DNA of 64,000 nucleotides from Candidatus Daviesbacteria bacterium (GCA_016198275.1 JACQIX010000010.1:172-64171), one strand, 5' to 3'. Numbered from the stretch's first letter, positions 47,017 to 57,352 are shown. Program-made: numbers and translations. The notes: generated from the letters alone by a model not told the origin.

Positions 47017-47331
47017 ATGAAAGTTAAGAAAGGTGATAAAGTTAGAGTACTTTTAGGAAAAGATCGGGGGAAAGAGGGCAAGGTTGAGCATGTATTAGCA
47101 AAAGCTAGGAAGGTTTTTGTGAGTGGGGTTAATCTTTATAAAAGACATATTAGAAAAATGCAGAATATAGAAGGTGGGATAATTGATATTCCCAAACCGC
47201 TTGATGTTTCTAATGTTGGTTTGATTTGTCCAAATTGTAATAAATTGACAAGGGTAGGTTATAAAAAGATAGGAAAAGATAAAATCAGGATTTGTAAAAA
47301 ATGCCAGAAAGAGGTTAAAGGACTTAAGTAA
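47017..47331 (+). CDS. rplX: 50S ribosomal protein L24, zinc-ribbon (Cys4) variant
   Basis: 104 aa. KOW N-terminus (KVKKGDKVRVLLGKDRGKEGKV). C-terminal CPNC-x17-CKKC replaces the usual DPKTG...KKSGE segment. Confidence 0.85.
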   Translation: MKVKKGDKVRVLLGKDRGKEGKVEHVLAKARKVFVSGVNLYKRHIRKMQNIEGGIIDIPKPLDVSNVGLICPNCNKLTRVGYKKIGKDKIRICKKCQKEVKGLK

Positions 47332-47334
47332 CTT

Positions 47335-47877
47335 ATGAATAGGTTAAAAGATAAGTATATAAATGAAGTGCAAGAGAAGTTAAAAAAAGAGCTTGGTTTA
47401 AAAAATGCCCTAGGAGTACCTTACTTGAGCAAAATAGTTATCAGTATTGGGTTGGGGGAAGCCAAGGATAACAATGGGGTAATAGAAAAAGTTAAATCTT
47501 ATTTTGCCTCTCTTTCAGGGCAATCACCGGTCGCTACCTATGCCAAAAGATCCATTGCCTCATTTAAGGTATCTAAAGGTCAACCTATTGGTGTGATGGT
47601 TACTTTAAGGGGAGATAAAATGTACGCTTTTTTAGATAAACTGATTAGTATTGTTTTGCCGAAGGTGAGAGATTTTAAAGGGATATCAGATACTTCTTTT
47701 GATGGCTTGGGGAATTTAAATATCGGATTAAAAGAACAGACTATTTTTCCAGAGGTTGATTACAAATTGATTGACAAAATTAGAGGTTTAGCAGTAACAA
47801 TTATCACTACTGCCAAAACTAAAGAAGAAGGTAGAAAACTATTAGAATATTTGGGAATGCCCTTTAAAAAAAGCTAG
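47335..47877 (+). CDS. rplE: 50S ribosomal protein L5
   Basis: 180 aa. MNRLKDKY... Confidence 0.9.
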   Translation: MNRLKDKYINEVQEKLKKELGLKNALGVPYLSKIVISIGLGEAKDNNGVIEKVKSYFASLSGQSPVATYAKRSIASFKVSKGQPIGVMVTLRGDKMYAFLDKLISIVLPKVRDFKGISDTSFDGLGNLNIGLKEQTIFPEVDYKLIDKIRGLAVTIITTAKTKEEGRKLLEYLGMPFKKS

Positions 47878-47891
47878 CCCAAAAAAATTAT

Positions 47892-48071
47892 ATGGCCAAA
47901 GTTAGTAACATTGTAAAAACCAATTTTAAATATAAAGTAAGAGAGAGAAATCGCTGCATGCGATGTGGCAGATCCCGTGCAGTTTTGCGAAAATTCGGAC
48001 TTTGCAGACTTTGTTTTAGAGAATTAGCTCACTTGGGGTTGCTTCCCGGAGTGAAGAAAGCGAGTTGGTAG
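47892..48071 (+). CDS. rpsZ: 30S ribosomal protein S14 type Z (zinc-binding, 59 aa)
   Basis: Not in ORF track (below size cutoff). Translation [59 protein letters not shown] with C-x2-C-x12-C-x2-C. Sits between rplE and rpsH as expected. Confidence 0.85.
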   Translation: MAKVSNIVKTNFKYKVRERNRCMRCGRSRAVLRKFGLCRLCFRELAHLGLLPGVKKASW

Positions 48072-48072
48072 T

Positions 48073-48450
48073 ATGAGCGATCCAGTGGCAGATGCATTAA
48101 TTAGAATAAAAAACGGTTATCAGGTTGGTAAAGTTTCTGTGGTGCTGCGCTTTTCCAAACTGATTTGGCAATTGGTAAAATTACTGCAAAAAGAAGGCTA
48201 TCTTGAATCTTGCGAGACAAAGGGAAGAGAAATTATAGTTTTTCTTAAATATAACTTAAGAAAACCCAGCTTAGCTGATGTTCAAAGGGTGTCTAAACCG
48301 TCGCTTAGGGTTTATAAAGGAGTTAAATATTTGCCAAGAGTATTGAATGGTTTAGGCATTGCTGTTGTTTCTACTCCCAAAGGATTATTGACTGATAAAG
48401 AGGCTCGTAAACAAAAAGTAGGAGGGGAAGTCTTGGCACTTGTCTGGTAA
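48073..48450 (+). CDS. rpsH: 30S ribosomal protein S8
   Basis: 125 aa. MSDPVADALIRIKNG... Confidence 0.9.
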   Translation: MSDPVADALIRIKNGYQVGKVSVVLRFSKLIWQLVKLLQKEGYLESCETKGREIIVFLKYNLRKPSLADVQRVSKPSLRVYKGVKYLPRVLNGLGIAVVSTPKGLLTDKEARKQKVGGEVLALVW

Positions 48451-48452
48451 AT

Positions 48453-49019
48453 ATGAGTAGAATTGGTGAGTTACCAATATTAATACCAAGTGGCGTTACC
48501 ATTGAAAAAGATGGCGGCAATTTAATGGTAAATGGCCCTAAAGGAAATTTAAAAATGCAAATCGAAGAGTTAATTGATATAGAAGTAGAAACAGGAAAAG
48601 TTTTAATAAAAAGGAAAAAAGATGATAAAAGAGTAAAAGCCTTGCATGGTTTAACCAGAAGCTTAATCAGTAATATGGTATTAGGTGTATCTCAAGGCTG
48701 GAGCAAAAATTTGGAGCTGGTGGGAGTTGGATTTAGGGCTCAAGTTGGGGGTAATAAACTAGTTCTAAATGTGGGTTATTCCCATCCAGTGGAGATAGAA
48801 GCGCCGGTGGGAATCTCTTTTGAAGTTTCTGATAATACTAAAATTAAAGTTTCGGGAATCGACAAACAATTAGTTGGACAAATCTCTGCTGATATTAAAA
48901 AAGTGAGAGCCCCTGATGTATATAAGGGCAAAGGGATACGATACGCTGGAGAATATATCAGGAAGAAAGTAGGCAAGAGTGCCAAAGCAGGAGTTACGGG
49001 TGTGGGAGGAGCGAAATGA
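48453..49019 (+). CDS. rplF: 50S ribosomal protein L6
   Basis: 188 aa. MSRIGELPILIPSGVTIE... Confidence 0.9.
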   Translation: MSRIGELPILIPSGVTIEKDGGNLMVNGPKGNLKMQIEELIDIEVETGKVLIKRKKDDKRVKALHGLTRSLISNMVLGVSQGWSKNLELVGVGFRAQVGGNKLVLNVGYSHPVEIEAPVGISFEVSDNTKIKVSGIDKQLVGQISADIKKVRAPDVYKGKGIRYAGEYIRKKVGKSAKAGVTGVGGAK

Positions 49020-49351
49020 ATAAGAGTTTAAGGATAAAAAGACATTTTAAAATCAGAAAAAGGGTTGTCGGGACTAGTAATAGGCCAAGACTTTCTGTGT
49101 TTAGGTCCAATAAACATATTTATGCTCAGATTATCGACGACAGTTTGGCTAAAACTTTGGTTTCAGTTTCAGATCTTAAACTGGAAAGAATTAAAAAAAC
49201 TGCTGCGGCTTTTGAGATAGGTAAAAAATTGGCCACAGCTGCTGTAAGAAATAAAATTAAAGAGGTTGTTTTTGACAGGGGCGGTTTTTTATACCATGGT
49301 AGAATAGCAGAGTTTGCCAAAGGTGCCAGAGAAGGAGGGTTGAAATTTTAA
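49016..49351 (+). CDS. rplR: 50S ribosomal protein L18
   Basis: 111 aa. ..RPRLSVFRSNKHIYAQIIDD... Confidence 0.85.
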   Translation: MNKSLRIKRHFKIRKRVVGTSNRPRLSVFRSNKHIYAQIIDDSLAKTLVSVSDLKLERIKKTAAAFEIGKKLATAAVRNKIKEVVFDRGGFLYHGRIAEFAKGAREGGLKF

Positions 49352-49354
49352 AAT

Positions 49355-49822
49355 ATGATAGTCAAGAATCAATCAGTAAATACTGAACTTGGAGAATACT
49401 TTGAACGGGTGGTGCAAGTTAATAGGGTATCTAAAAAAACCAAAGGAGGAGACAGGAGATCTTTATCTGTTTTGGTGGTGGTGGGGGATAAAAAAGGTAG
49501 AGTTGGGGTAGGGTTAGGTAAGGCTCAAGATGTACAATCTGCTGTCAGGAAAGCTACCAGCTATGCAAAAAAACATCTAATTGAGGTTGTCTTAAAGGGA
49601 ACGAGTATCCCTCATCAAATTTTAGTCAAAAAGGGAGCAGCCAAGGTTTTATTAAAACCAGCCCCAGTTGGAAGCGGAGTGATTGCCGGAGGAGCAGTCA
49701 GGGTGGTAGTGGAAGCAGCAGGTATCCACGATATTGTTTCCAAAACTTTAGGCACCAAAAATAAAGCTTCTAATGTTTATGCTACACTGGAGGCATTGGG
49801 GAAGTTGAGGAAGATTATATGA
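49355..49822 (+). CDS. rpsE: 30S ribosomal protein S5
   Basis: 155 aa. ..VQVNRVSKKTKGGDRRSLSVLVVVGDKKGRVGVGLGKAQDVQSAVRKA.. No L30 gene follows. Confidence 0.9.
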   Translation: MIVKNQSVNTELGEYFERVVQVNRVSKKTKGGDRRSLSVLVVVGDKKGRVGVGLGKAQDVQSAVRKATSYAKKHLIEVVLKGTSIPHQILVKKGAAKVLLKPAPVGSGVIAGGAVRVVVEAAGIHDIVSKTLGTKNKASNVYATLEALGKLRKII

Positions 49823-50253
49823 AACTACATCAGTTAATTAAAATAAAAGCCAGATCGAAAAAACGTCGTGGTCGTGGAATTGGTTCTGGCAAAGGTAAAA
49901 CCGCCGGCAGGGGTAGTAAAGGTCAAAAGGCCAGAGGTAAAATTCCTCTAACTTTCACCGGCAGCCTGTCTTTGTATAAAAAATTGCCGCTGAGACGGGG
50001 TTTTGGTAATCCCAAATTAACATCTAAATTGAAGTTAGTCAGCCTTTCCCAGCTTAATATTTTTAATCCTAAAACTGTAATTGATTTAGAGCAATTGATT
50101 AAAGCTAAAATTATCAGTCAAAGGCAAGCGCGGATGGGAGTAAAAATTTTAGGGAATGGTGAAGTAAAACATCCTTTAGTGATTAAATTGTCCCTATCTT
50201 CCTCAGCCCGGCAGAAGATAGAGGATAAAGGGGGAAAGGTAGAATATGCATGA
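49819..50253 (+). CDS. rplO: 50S ribosomal protein L15
   Basis: 144 aa. [39 protein letters not shown]. Confidence 0.9.
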   Translation: MKLHQLIKIKARSKKRRGRGIGSGKGKTAGRGSKGQKARGKIPLTFTGSLSLYKKLPLRRGFGNPKLTSKLKLVSLSQLNIFNPKTVIDLEQLIKAKIISQRQARMGVKILGNGEVKHPLVIKLSLSSSARQKIEDKGGKVEYA

Positions 50254-51535
50254 ACTGCTCTCCCCCATTATTAAAGCCTTCAAGATTGCCGAACTTCGCC
50301 GAAAAATTTTGATTACTTCAGCAATAGTGATTATTTTTAGGATTGCCGCCCACATTCCGGTATCAGGGGTGGATTTGGCACTCTTACAACAACTTTTTGC
50401 CTCCAACCAATTTTTAGGACTGCTGGATATTTTTTCTGGAGGAACTTTGGCCAATTTTTCCGTAATTTCATTAGGTTTAAATCCTTATATTAATGCTTCT
50501 ATTATCCTACAACTTTTGACCATGATTGTGCCGTCTTTGGAAGCTTTATCTAAAGAAGGTGAAATGGGCAGGCAAATGATTAATCAATATACCAGATACT
50601 TAACTGTGCCGCTGGCAATAGTCCAATCAATCGGGATGTTTATTTTGCTAAAAAACCAAGGAATAATCACTCAAATTAGTCCCATCCAGATTGCCTCAAT
50701 TATTGTAGGCATGACAGCAGGGACTATTTTTCTAATGTGGCTGGGGGAGTTAATCACGGAATATGGTATCGGTCAGGGCATCAGTCTGTTAATTTTTGCA
50801 GGAATCGTCTCAAGGGTGCCCGTGGTGATAACTCAAACAGTTTCTGTTGTGGATCAAACACAAATTTTGAATATACTAATCTTTTTAGGATTGGCCATTT
50901 TGGTGATAGCAGGGATAGTTTTTATTAATGAGGGACGAAGGCAAATTACCGTGCAATATGCCAGAAGGTTTGTGGCAGGAAAAGGGCAGACAGGTGCTCA
51001 GACTTATCTGCCTCTCAGAGTTAATCAAGCTGGAGTTATCCCGATTATTTTTGCCGTATCTTTGGTCTTGATCCCCTCTTTTGCCGGCTCATATCTGGCT
51101 CAACTTAACCAGCCCCAACTTAATTTCCTGGGCAGGATATTAAGTGCTAATTTTAACCCCGGCAGTTTAGTTTATAACCTGGTTTATTTTGGTTTGGTGG
51201 TAGGTTTTACTTTTTTCTATACTGCGGTAATTTTTAATCCAAGCAAAGTCTCAGATGAGATTAAAAAATATGGAGGGTTTATTCCTGGGATAAGGCCAGG
51301 TATTCAAACAGCCGGATTCTTAAACTATATTATGGTTAGAATTACTTTGACTGGAGCAATATTTTTAGGTGCTATTGCCATTCTACCTTCAATTGCCTCA
51401 CAAATTACAGGGATCAAGACTTTAATTTTAGGGGGGACAGGACTTTTGATTGTGGTCTCAGTTATTTTAGACACAGCCAAACAATTTGAGTCTAAGCTAA
51501 TTGAGCGAAGCTATGAGGTGTTTGCCAGAAGGTAA
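50246..51535 (+). CDS. secY: Preprotein translocase subunit SecY
   Basis: 429 aa, 10 predicted TM helices. SecY-typical segments ([27 protein letters not shown]). Confidence 0.9.
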   Translation: MHELLSPIIKAFKIAELRRKILITSAIVIIFRIAAHIPVSGVDLALLQQLFASNQFLGLLDIFSGGTLANFSVISLGLNPYINASIILQLLTMIVPSLEALSKEGEMGRQMINQYTRYLTVPLAIVQSIGMFILLKNQGIITQISPIQIASIIVGMTAGTIFLMWLGELITEYGIGQGISLLIFAGIVSRVPVVITQTVSVVDQTQILNILIFLGLAILVIAGIVFINEGRRQITVQYARRFVAGKGQTGAQTYLPLRVNQAGVIPIIFAVSLVLIPSFAGSYLAQLNQPQLNFLGRILSANFNPGSLVYNLVYFGLVVGFTFFYTAVIFNPSKVSDEIKKYGGFIPGIRPGIQTAGFLNYIMVRITLTGAIFLGAIAILPSIASQITGIKTLILGGTGLLIVVSVILDTAKQFESKLIERSYEVFARR

Positions 51536-51594
51536 GTAGGTTTAACTACCCTCTGTTGACTTCGGGTAATTTTTGGGCTATGCTATTTTTGGAA

Positions 51595-51939
51595 ATGGAT
51601 AAATGGAAAGTTCTTTATTACATCTCCCCGTCTGGTGATAATCTTGTAAGAAATTTTCTAGATGTCCATCTAAAGGTTAAGGTCAAAGCCTTAAGAATTT
51701 TTTCTAATATAGAAGAATATGGCTTAACCGCTGTAATCCCGCATATTAAAAAATTAACAGGTACTCCACTTTGGGAAATTAGAATTTTAGGAGAAGATAG
51801 TGTCAGAATTTTGTACGTTACAAGACGAAAGAAACAAGTTGTACTGCTTCATGCTTTTGTTAAAAAGAAAGACAAAACTCCAAAGAGAGAGATTGATGTA
51901 GCTTTAGTAAGAGTTAAAGAGATTGAGGACTTGAAATAA
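51595..51939 (+). CDS. HigB-like (RelE/ParE superfamily, Gp49/DUF891-type) toxin
   Basis: Pattern ..TPLWEIRILGEDSVRILYVTRRKKQVVLLHAFVKKKDKTPKREIDVALVRVKEIE matches Gp49-like HigB toxins. Start probably ATG 51595 (ORF track 51556). Followed 27 nt later by an XRE-HTH partner. Confidence 0.6.
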   Translation: MDKWKVLYYISPSGDNLVRNFLDVHLKVKVKALRIFSNIEEYGLTAVIPHIKKLTGTPLWEIRILGEDSVRILYVTRRKKQVVLLHAFVKKKDKTPKREIDVALVRVKEIEDLK

Positions 51940-51965
51940 TATATCGTAAAAGATATTATAGAAAC

Positions 51966-52244
51966 ATGAAAGTTTACACTTTTCAAGATCATCTAAAAGA
52001 GAGTTTAAAAAACCCTGAGTTTAAAAAAGCTTGGGAAGAATCTGAGGCTGAATATCAAGTCAGCAGAGTTTTAATTACTGCCAGGATTAAAAGAAAAATA
52101 TCGCAAAAGGAACTGGCTAAAAGGGCAAATACCACTCAAGCAGTGATCTCCAGATTAGAAGGAATGAATGCTAATCCTTCAATAGGGCTTTTACAAAAAA
52201 TAGCCCAAGCCCTTAATTTAAAGGTTAAAATTCAGTTTGAATAA
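51966..52244 (+). CDS. HigA-like antitoxin (XRE-family helix-turn-helix)
   Basis: 92 aa. HTH (ITARIKRKISQKELAKRANTTQAVISRLE). Toxin-upstream gene order typical of higBA. Confidence 0.6.
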   Translation: MKVYTFQDHLKESLKNPEFKKAWEESEAEYQVSRVLITARIKRKISQKELAKRANTTQAVISRLEGMNANPSIGLLQKIAQALNLKVKIQFE

Positions 52245-52287
52245 ACTTTGAAAAAGATCAATAATTATTTACAGTTAGTATAGAAGT

Positions 52288-52566
52288 ATGGCTGAAGAGT
52301 TAAAAAGAGCTACTGCGATTGAACAAACGGGTGACAAAACTTCAGAATGGTTATTCCTGTATGGAAAAATAATTTACAATGAAGCAACTTCACTTCTTGC
52401 TAAGTATCTTCCCCAGGCATTCCCTCAAGAATCTACTGAAGTTTTATTCGACATACAACCCCTCTATTTAGGAAAATTTAAGGGCAAGCATTATATAGCT
52501 ATACAAGATACTTATACTTCTAATTTAGATAATTACTTGCCTAAAAAACCAAAGATCCTGATATAA
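52288..52566 (+). CDS. Hypothetical protein (92 aa)
   Basis: ORF between the TA pair and adk. No family recognised. Confidence 0.3.
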   Translation: MAEELKRATAIEQTGDKTSEWLFLYGKIIYNEATSLLAKYLPQAFPQESTEVLFDIQPLYLGKFKGKHYIAIQDTYTSNLDNYLPKKPKILI

Positions 52567-52573
52567 TGGTTTA

Positions 52574-53098
52574 ATGAAAATATTACTTATTGGTCCACAG
52601 GGGTCTGGTAAGTCTACCCAAGGCAGATTATTAGAACAAAATTTGCAAATTCCCTATATCTCAACCGGTGATATTTTTAGACAAATTGCCCAACAAAATT
52701 CTGAGGAAGGTAAAAAAATTAAGCAAATTTTAGAATCCGGTCAACTGGTTGACGATCAAACAACAGCACGGCTTTTAGAGGAAAGAGTTAAAAAACCTGA
52801 TTGCCAAAATGGTTTTATTTTAGATGGATATCCTAGAAATTTAGAACAGGTAAAACTAATTAATTTAAACTTTGACAAGGTATTTTTTTTAAATACTCCA
52901 AAAGAAGTTGCACTTGATAGACTTCTAAAAAGAGGAAGAAGTGATGATACTGAAGAGTCAATCACCAAAAGACTCACTTTATATTACCAGCAAACCGAAG
53001 CCTTGCTAGACTATTACAAAAATCAGGGCATACTTGCTGGGATTGATGGTAGGGGAGAAATCCAATCTATCCAAGATGAAATCAAGAAATCATTATGA
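52574..53098 (+). CDS. adk: Adenylate kinase (short type)
   Basis: 174 aa. P-loop GPQGSGKSTQ. ..YISTGDIFR.., ..LDGYPRN. Confidence 0.85.
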   Translation: MKILLIGPQGSGKSTQGRLLEQNLQIPYISTGDIFRQIAQQNSEEGKKIKQILESGQLVDDQTTARLLEERVKKPDCQNGFILDGYPRNLEQVKLINLNFDKVFFLNTPKEVALDRLLKRGRSDDTEESITKRLTLYYQQTEALLDYYKNQGILAGIDGRGEIQSIQDEIKKSL

Positions 53099-53831
53099 GT
53101 TGGAGTTGATGAAGAAATCTGGCAAGATTGCCTCATTTGCTTTAAAGAAAGCTCTTGAGAAAATTAAGGTAGGGGTATCAGAATTTGAAGTGGATAAAAC
53201 AGCTCAAGAAGAGATTTATAAGTTGGGAGGAGACTTGTCTTATAAAAGTGTACCTGGATATAAATATGCTACTTGTGTGACAGTGAATGAACAAGTTGTT
53301 CATGGTATTCCGACTGAAAGAAAATTTATGCCAGGAGATTTAGTATCAGTTGATCTAGCTGTATCTTACAAAGGTTGGCATACTGATTGTGCTTGGAGTG
53401 TGATAGTTGAAGGACAGAAGATAGAGGATAAAAAACAGAAAGAAAAATTTCTAAAAACCGGAGAACAAGCTTTATGGGATGGAATCAGTCAGGCTATAGC
53501 AGGTAATAGGATTGGAGATATATCAGCGGCAATCCAGACTAGAATCGAAAGTGAGGGATACAATGTGGTGCGGAGCTTAGTTGGTCATGGAATTGGCAGG
53601 CAGTTGCATGAAGAACCGGAAATTCCTGGGGTTGGCAAGGCAGGAGTAGGGGTGATTTTAAAAAAGGGGATGACTTTGGCAATTGAAGTAATTTATACTC
53701 AAGGGTCATATGAAGTGATTTTAGAACAAGATGGTTGGACTTATTCCACAGCAGATAAAACCTGGGCAGGTTTGTTTGAAATGACTGTAATTGTGGGTAA
53801 AGATAAAGCTGAGGTTTTAACTGAGATGTAA
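53076..53831 (+). CDS. map: Methionine aminopeptidase, type I
   Basis: About 251 aa from ATG 53076 (ORF track 53034). Pita-bread fold metal ligands context (..DLVSVDLAVSYKGWHTD.., ..VGHGIGRQLHEEP..). Confidence 0.85.
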   Translation: MKSRNHYELELMKKSGKIASFALKKALEKIKVGVSEFEVDKTAQEEIYKLGGDLSYKSVPGYKYATCVTVNEQVVHGIPTERKFMPGDLVSVDLAVSYKGWHTDCAWSVIVEGQKIEDKKQKEKFLKTGEQALWDGISQAIAGNRIGDISAAIQTRIESEGYNVVRSLVGHGIGRQLHEEPEIPGVGKAGVGVILKKGMTLAIEVIYTQGSYEVILEQDGWTYSTADKTWAGLFEMTVIVGKDKAEVLTEM

Positions 53832-53884
53832 TTATGGGTTGTATTATGAAGCTAGCTTTGATAAAATGCTAGGGTTCAAGAAAC

Positions 53885-54124
53885 ATGGCTAAAGATGTGA
53901 TTGAGGTAGAAGGTAAAGTAGTTGAGGTTTTGCCAAATACTTTATTTAGAGTGGAAATAACCAAAAGTGAAGTAACCCAGCTGATTGGGCGGGTGATTTT
54001 ATGCCATATCTCCGGTAAAATGAGAATGCATTATATCAGGCTTTTGGAAGGAGACAGGGTTAGGATTGAGATGAGCCCGAAATATGATTTGGATAAGGGA
54101 AGGATCACGTTTAGATTGAAATGA
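53885..54124 (+). CDS. infA: Translation initiation factor IF-1
   Basis: 79 aa. [24 protein letters not shown]...[26 protein letters not shown]. Confidence 0.9.
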   Translation: MAKDVIEVEGKVVEVLPNTLFRVEITKSEVTQLIGRVILCHISGKMRMHYIRLLEGDRVRIEMSPKYDLDKGRITFRLK

Positions 54125-54128
54125 TTAT

Positions 54129-54245
54129 ATGAAAGTGGCAGCGTCAATTAAAGCAAGATGTAAATTTTGCAAAATAGTCAAGCGCGAGGGTATCTTATAT
54201 GTCATCTGTCCTCGTGACCCGAGACATAAACAAAGACAAGGATAG
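54129..54245 (+). CDS. rpmJ: 50S ribosomal protein L36 (zinc-ribbon form, 38 aa)
   Basis: Not in ORF track. Translation [38 protein letters not shown] (C-x2-C-x12-C-x4-H). Conserved infA-rpmJ-rpsM position. Confidence 0.85.
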   Translation: MKVAASIKARCKFCKIVKREGILYVICPRDPRHKQRQG

Positions 54246-54276
54246 AATGAATTTTAAATTTGGGAGGACTGTATAA

Positions 54277-54696
54277 ATGGCTCGCATAGCTGGGGTGGAT
54301 CTGCCAGAAAATAAAAGAGTAGATATTGGTTTAACCTATATTTTTGGTATAGGCAGATCTAATGTGGTTTCAATTATCAAAGATACTGGGGTGGACGGGG
54401 CCAAAAGAGTTAAAGATTTAACTGAAGAGGAAATTAATAAACTGCAAAAAGAACTAGAGAAATTTAAGGTAGAAGGGGATTTGAGGCAAGAAATAGAGCA
54501 AAACATCAAAAGATTGGAAGAGATTGGAAGTTATAGGGGTTTAAGACATAGAAAAGGCTTGCCAACCAGAGGACAAAGAACCCGCTCCAATGCCAGGACT
54601 AAGCGAGGTAAAAGAAAGACTGTCGGTACTGTCAGGAAGGAAGTAGTGGCAAAAACTGGCTCTCCTCCAGTTGAAGCAGGAGGAAAAAATGGTTAA
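54277..54696 (+). CDS. rpsM: 30S ribosomal protein S13
   Basis: 139 aa. [26 protein letters not shown]. Confidence 0.9.
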   Translation: MARIAGVDLPENKRVDIGLTYIFGIGRSNVVSIIKDTGVDGAKRVKDLTEEEINKLQKELEKFKVEGDLRQEIEQNIKRLEEIGSYRGLRHRKGLPTRGQRTRSNARTKRGKRKTVGTVRKEVVAKTGSPPVEAGGKNG

Positions 54697-55081
54697 AAGA
54701 AAGATACAAATTAAAAAACAAAAAACAGAACGGAGACTAACTTCTGGCAGAGTGTACGTGACAGCCACTTTTAATAATACCTTGGTTACCCTGACAGATA
54801 ATACAGGAAATACCTTAGCTTGGGGAACATCCGGTTCAGCTGGTTTTAAAGGTGCCAGAAAAGCCACCCCCTTTGCTGCAATTTCTGCCATGGAAAAAGT
54901 TGCTCAAAAGGCCAAACAATTAGGTATGAGTAATTGTGAGGTATATATCAAAGGACCAGGTTCAGGTAGGGATGCTACCATCAAAGCTTTAAGAGGGGCA
55001 GGTATTAATATCACGATGATTGCTGATGTTACACCGATACCGCACAATGGCCCCAGACCAAAAAAACGGAGGAGAGTTTAA
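54689..55081 (+). CDS. rpsK: 30S ribosomal protein S11
   Basis: GGAGG RBS then ATG 54689 (ORF track begins 54671). ..[28 protein letters not shown]... Confidence 0.9.
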   Translation: MVKRKIQIKKQKTERRLTSGRVYVTATFNNTLVTLTDNTGNTLAWGTSGSAGFKGARKATPFAAISAMEKVAQKAKQLGMSNCEVYIKGPGSGRDATIKALRGAGINITMIADVTPIPHNGPRPKKRRRV

Positions 55082-55683
55082 TGGGTAGGTATACTGGACC
55101 AAAACGTAGATTATCACGGCGTGAGGGTATTCCCCTATTTGCAAAAGATGCTAAAGCAATTGAGCGCAAAGGAGCAGTAGCTCCAGGACAACATGGAGCC
55201 AGAAAGAGGAGAAGAGTGTCGGAATATGGCTTGCAGCTTCGGGAAAAGCAAAAAATGAAAAGAATGTTTGGCCTTTTGGAGAAGCAATTTAAAAGATATT
55301 TTTTGCAAGCCTCCAAAGTTAAAGGGGCAACAGGCTTATCTTTATTGCAAAGCCTGGAGACCAGATTAGATAATGTAGTTTACAAGCTAGGGTTTGCCAA
55401 AAGCAGAGCAGGAGCAAGGCAACTGGTTTCACACGGTCATATTAGGGTAATGGATAAAAAAGTAAATATTCCTTCCTATAATGTTAAGGTGGGTCAGACT
55501 ATTGCATTGTCTTCGCAAATAAGAGATAATACCCAGGTTAAAAAGAGCCTGGAAGATATCGGGGCTTTGCCGGAGTGGCTTCAAAGACAAGCTACAGTGG
55601 GAAAGGTTTTAAGAATACCCGGCAGGGACGAGATGGAACAATCAATTGATGAGCAGTTAATTGTGGAGTATTACAGTAGGTAA
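55081..55683 (+). CDS. rpsD: 30S ribosomal protein S4
   Basis: 200 aa. [16 protein letters not shown]... Confidence 0.9.
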   Translation: MGRYTGPKRRLSRREGIPLFAKDAKAIERKGAVAPGQHGARKRRRVSEYGLQLREKQKMKRMFGLLEKQFKRYFLQASKVKGATGLSLLQSLETRLDNVVYKLGFAKSRAGARQLVSHGHIRVMDKKVNIPSYNVKVGQTIALSSQIRDNTQVKKSLEDIGALPEWLQRQATVGKVLRIPGRDEMEQSIDEQLIVEYYSR

Positions 55684-55685
55684 AA

Positions 55686-56591
55686 ATGTTTAAAGTAAAA
55701 ATAGAAAAAGAAGCAGAAAATTTTGCCAAAATTGCCATTGAGCCGCTTGATGAAGGCTTTGGCCATACTTTGGGTAATAGCATAAGGCGGGTACTCCTGA
55801 CTTCTTTGGAAGGAGCTGCTGTAACATCAGTAAAAATAGATGGAATTTCACATCAGTTTTCCACTATTGACGGGGTAATGGAAGATGTAATTGAGATAAT
55901 TTTAAATATTAAAAAAATCCGCCTTAATGTTCATTCTGATAAAGGTATTAAGTTAAGATTGAAAGCTTCAGGTAAAAGAGAGGTGAAAGCAGCTGATTTG
56001 GAAATAGAAGGAGATGGAGAAATTGCAAATAAAGATCAGGTAATTGCTACTTTAACAGATAGCAAATCCAAGCTTAATATGGAGATGACAGCTGAGAAAG
56101 GAAAGGGATATTCAACTGCAGATGAGAGAAAATCGAGTGAAATCGGCGCGATTGCCACTGATGCTTTATTTAGCCCGGTTGTGGCTATTAATTATAGTGT
56201 AGAACCAACCAGAGTGGGTAGAAGAACAGATTTTGATAAGCTAATTCTGGATGTAACAACTGACGGAACTATTACTCCTTTGGAGGTAATAAATCAAGCA
56301 GCCAGGATTTTGTCTGAAACTTTCAGAAAGATTTATGAGCCGGTAATTGAAGAGGAAACAGAAGATACTTCTTCCAAAATCTCCGAAGAGGTTTTAAAAT
56401 TAACTATAGAAGAGTTGGATTTACCTGTTCGAATAACCAATGCCCTTAAAGCAATTGAAATTAATACTATTGAGGATTTAATTAATACGCCCCGCCCTTC
56501 CCTTTTTAAAGCCAAAAATTTGGGTAATAAATCTTTAAGTTTAATATCAGAGAAGCTTTTGGAGAGGGGGTTGACTCTGCGTGAGGCATAG
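55686..56591 (+). CDS. rpoA: DNA-directed RNA polymerase subunit alpha (short, 301 aa)
   Basis: N-terminal domain (..IEPLDEGFGHTLGNSIRRVLLTSLEGAAVTSVKIDG..). Short C-terminal domain with HhH (..LDLPVRITNALKAIEINTIEDL..). Confidence 0.9.
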   Translation: MFKVKIEKEAENFAKIAIEPLDEGFGHTLGNSIRRVLLTSLEGAAVTSVKIDGISHQFSTIDGVMEDVIEIILNIKKIRLNVHSDKGIKLRLKASGKREVKAADLEIEGDGEIANKDQVIATLTDSKSKLNMEMTAEKGKGYSTADERKSSEIGAIATDALFSPVVAINYSVEPTRVGRRTDFDKLILDVTTDGTITPLEVINQAARILSETFRKIYEPVIEEETEDTSSKISEEVLKLTIEELDLPVRITNALKAIEINTIEDLINTPRPSLFKAKNLGNKSLSLISEKLLERGLTLREA

Positions 56592-56949
56592 AGTTTATGG
56601 TAGCAAACTTGGCAGAAATAAAAACGAACGGGTTACGCTATTTAAAGGTTTAGCCCGTCAGTTATTCCTGCATGGGACCATCATCACTTCTGAGAGTAAA
56701 GCTAAAGCTGTTAAAGGCATAATTGATAAAATTATCAATCTGGCTAAGAACAAAAATTCGCAAAGGTTGCTAGAAACCTATTTTACTAACAGATTAATAC
56801 AGGAAAGATTAATCAAAGAAATTGCTCCCAAGTTACAAAACAGGGTTTCGGGTTATACCTCTTTAGTTAGATTAGGAGAAAGAGAAGGAGACAGAACCAC
56901 TTTAGTAAAGATGAGTCTGATTGGAATGGAAGAGTTGAAACCACTTTAA
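56581..56949 (+). CDS. rplQ: 50S ribosomal protein L17
   Basis: 122 aa. GTG start. [13 protein letters not shown]... Confidence 0.85.
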   Translation: MRHRVYGSKLGRNKNERVTLFKGLARQLFLHGTIITSESKAKAVKGIIDKIINLAKNKNSQRLLETYFTNRLIQERLIKEIAPKLQNRVSGYTSLVRLGEREGDRTTLVKMSLIGMEELKPL

Positions 56950-56956
56950 CAAAATA

Positions 56957-57352
56957 ATGAGTACCAACGTTATTTCTGCAAAAGATATTAAAAGAGAAAA
57001 ATATCAAATTGATGCCTCAGGAAAAATTTTAGGCAGACTGGCAACCGAGGTGGCAACTCTATTGATGGGTAAGAATAAACCAAACTATGTTCCTTATTTA
57101 GATATGGGAGACTTCGTGGTGGTGATAAATGCTGGCTTAATTAAATTAAGCGGTAAAAAGCAAACAAATAAAATCTATACCCGCCATTCAGGTTATCCGG
57201 GAGGACTTAAAGTGGAAACATTTGATAAGATAATTTCCCGAAGACCCGAATATGTGATAGAACATGCGGTCAAGGGTATGTTGCCTCATAATAAGTTGGG
57301 TAAAAAAATGATTAAGAAATTAAAAGTTTTTAAAGGAGAGGAAGTTAAGTGA
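56957..57352 (+). CDS. rplM: 50S ribosomal protein L13
   Basis: 131 aa. ..[31 protein letters not shown].. Confidence 0.9.
   Translation: MSTNVISAKDIKREKYQIDASGKILGRLATEVATLLMGKNKPNYVPYLDMGDFVVVINAGLIKLSGKKQTNKIYTRHSGYPGGLKVETFDKIISRRPEYVIEHAVKGMLPHNKLGKKMIKKLKVFKGEEVK

Noticed and set aside
53034-53075. Longer map ORF start at 53034 overlapping adk by 65 nt
   Set aside because: The conserved MetAP N-terminus begins near MKSRNHYELELMKKSGKIASFAL. ATG 53076 gives a conventional short overlap with adk. Choice of start remains uncertain.
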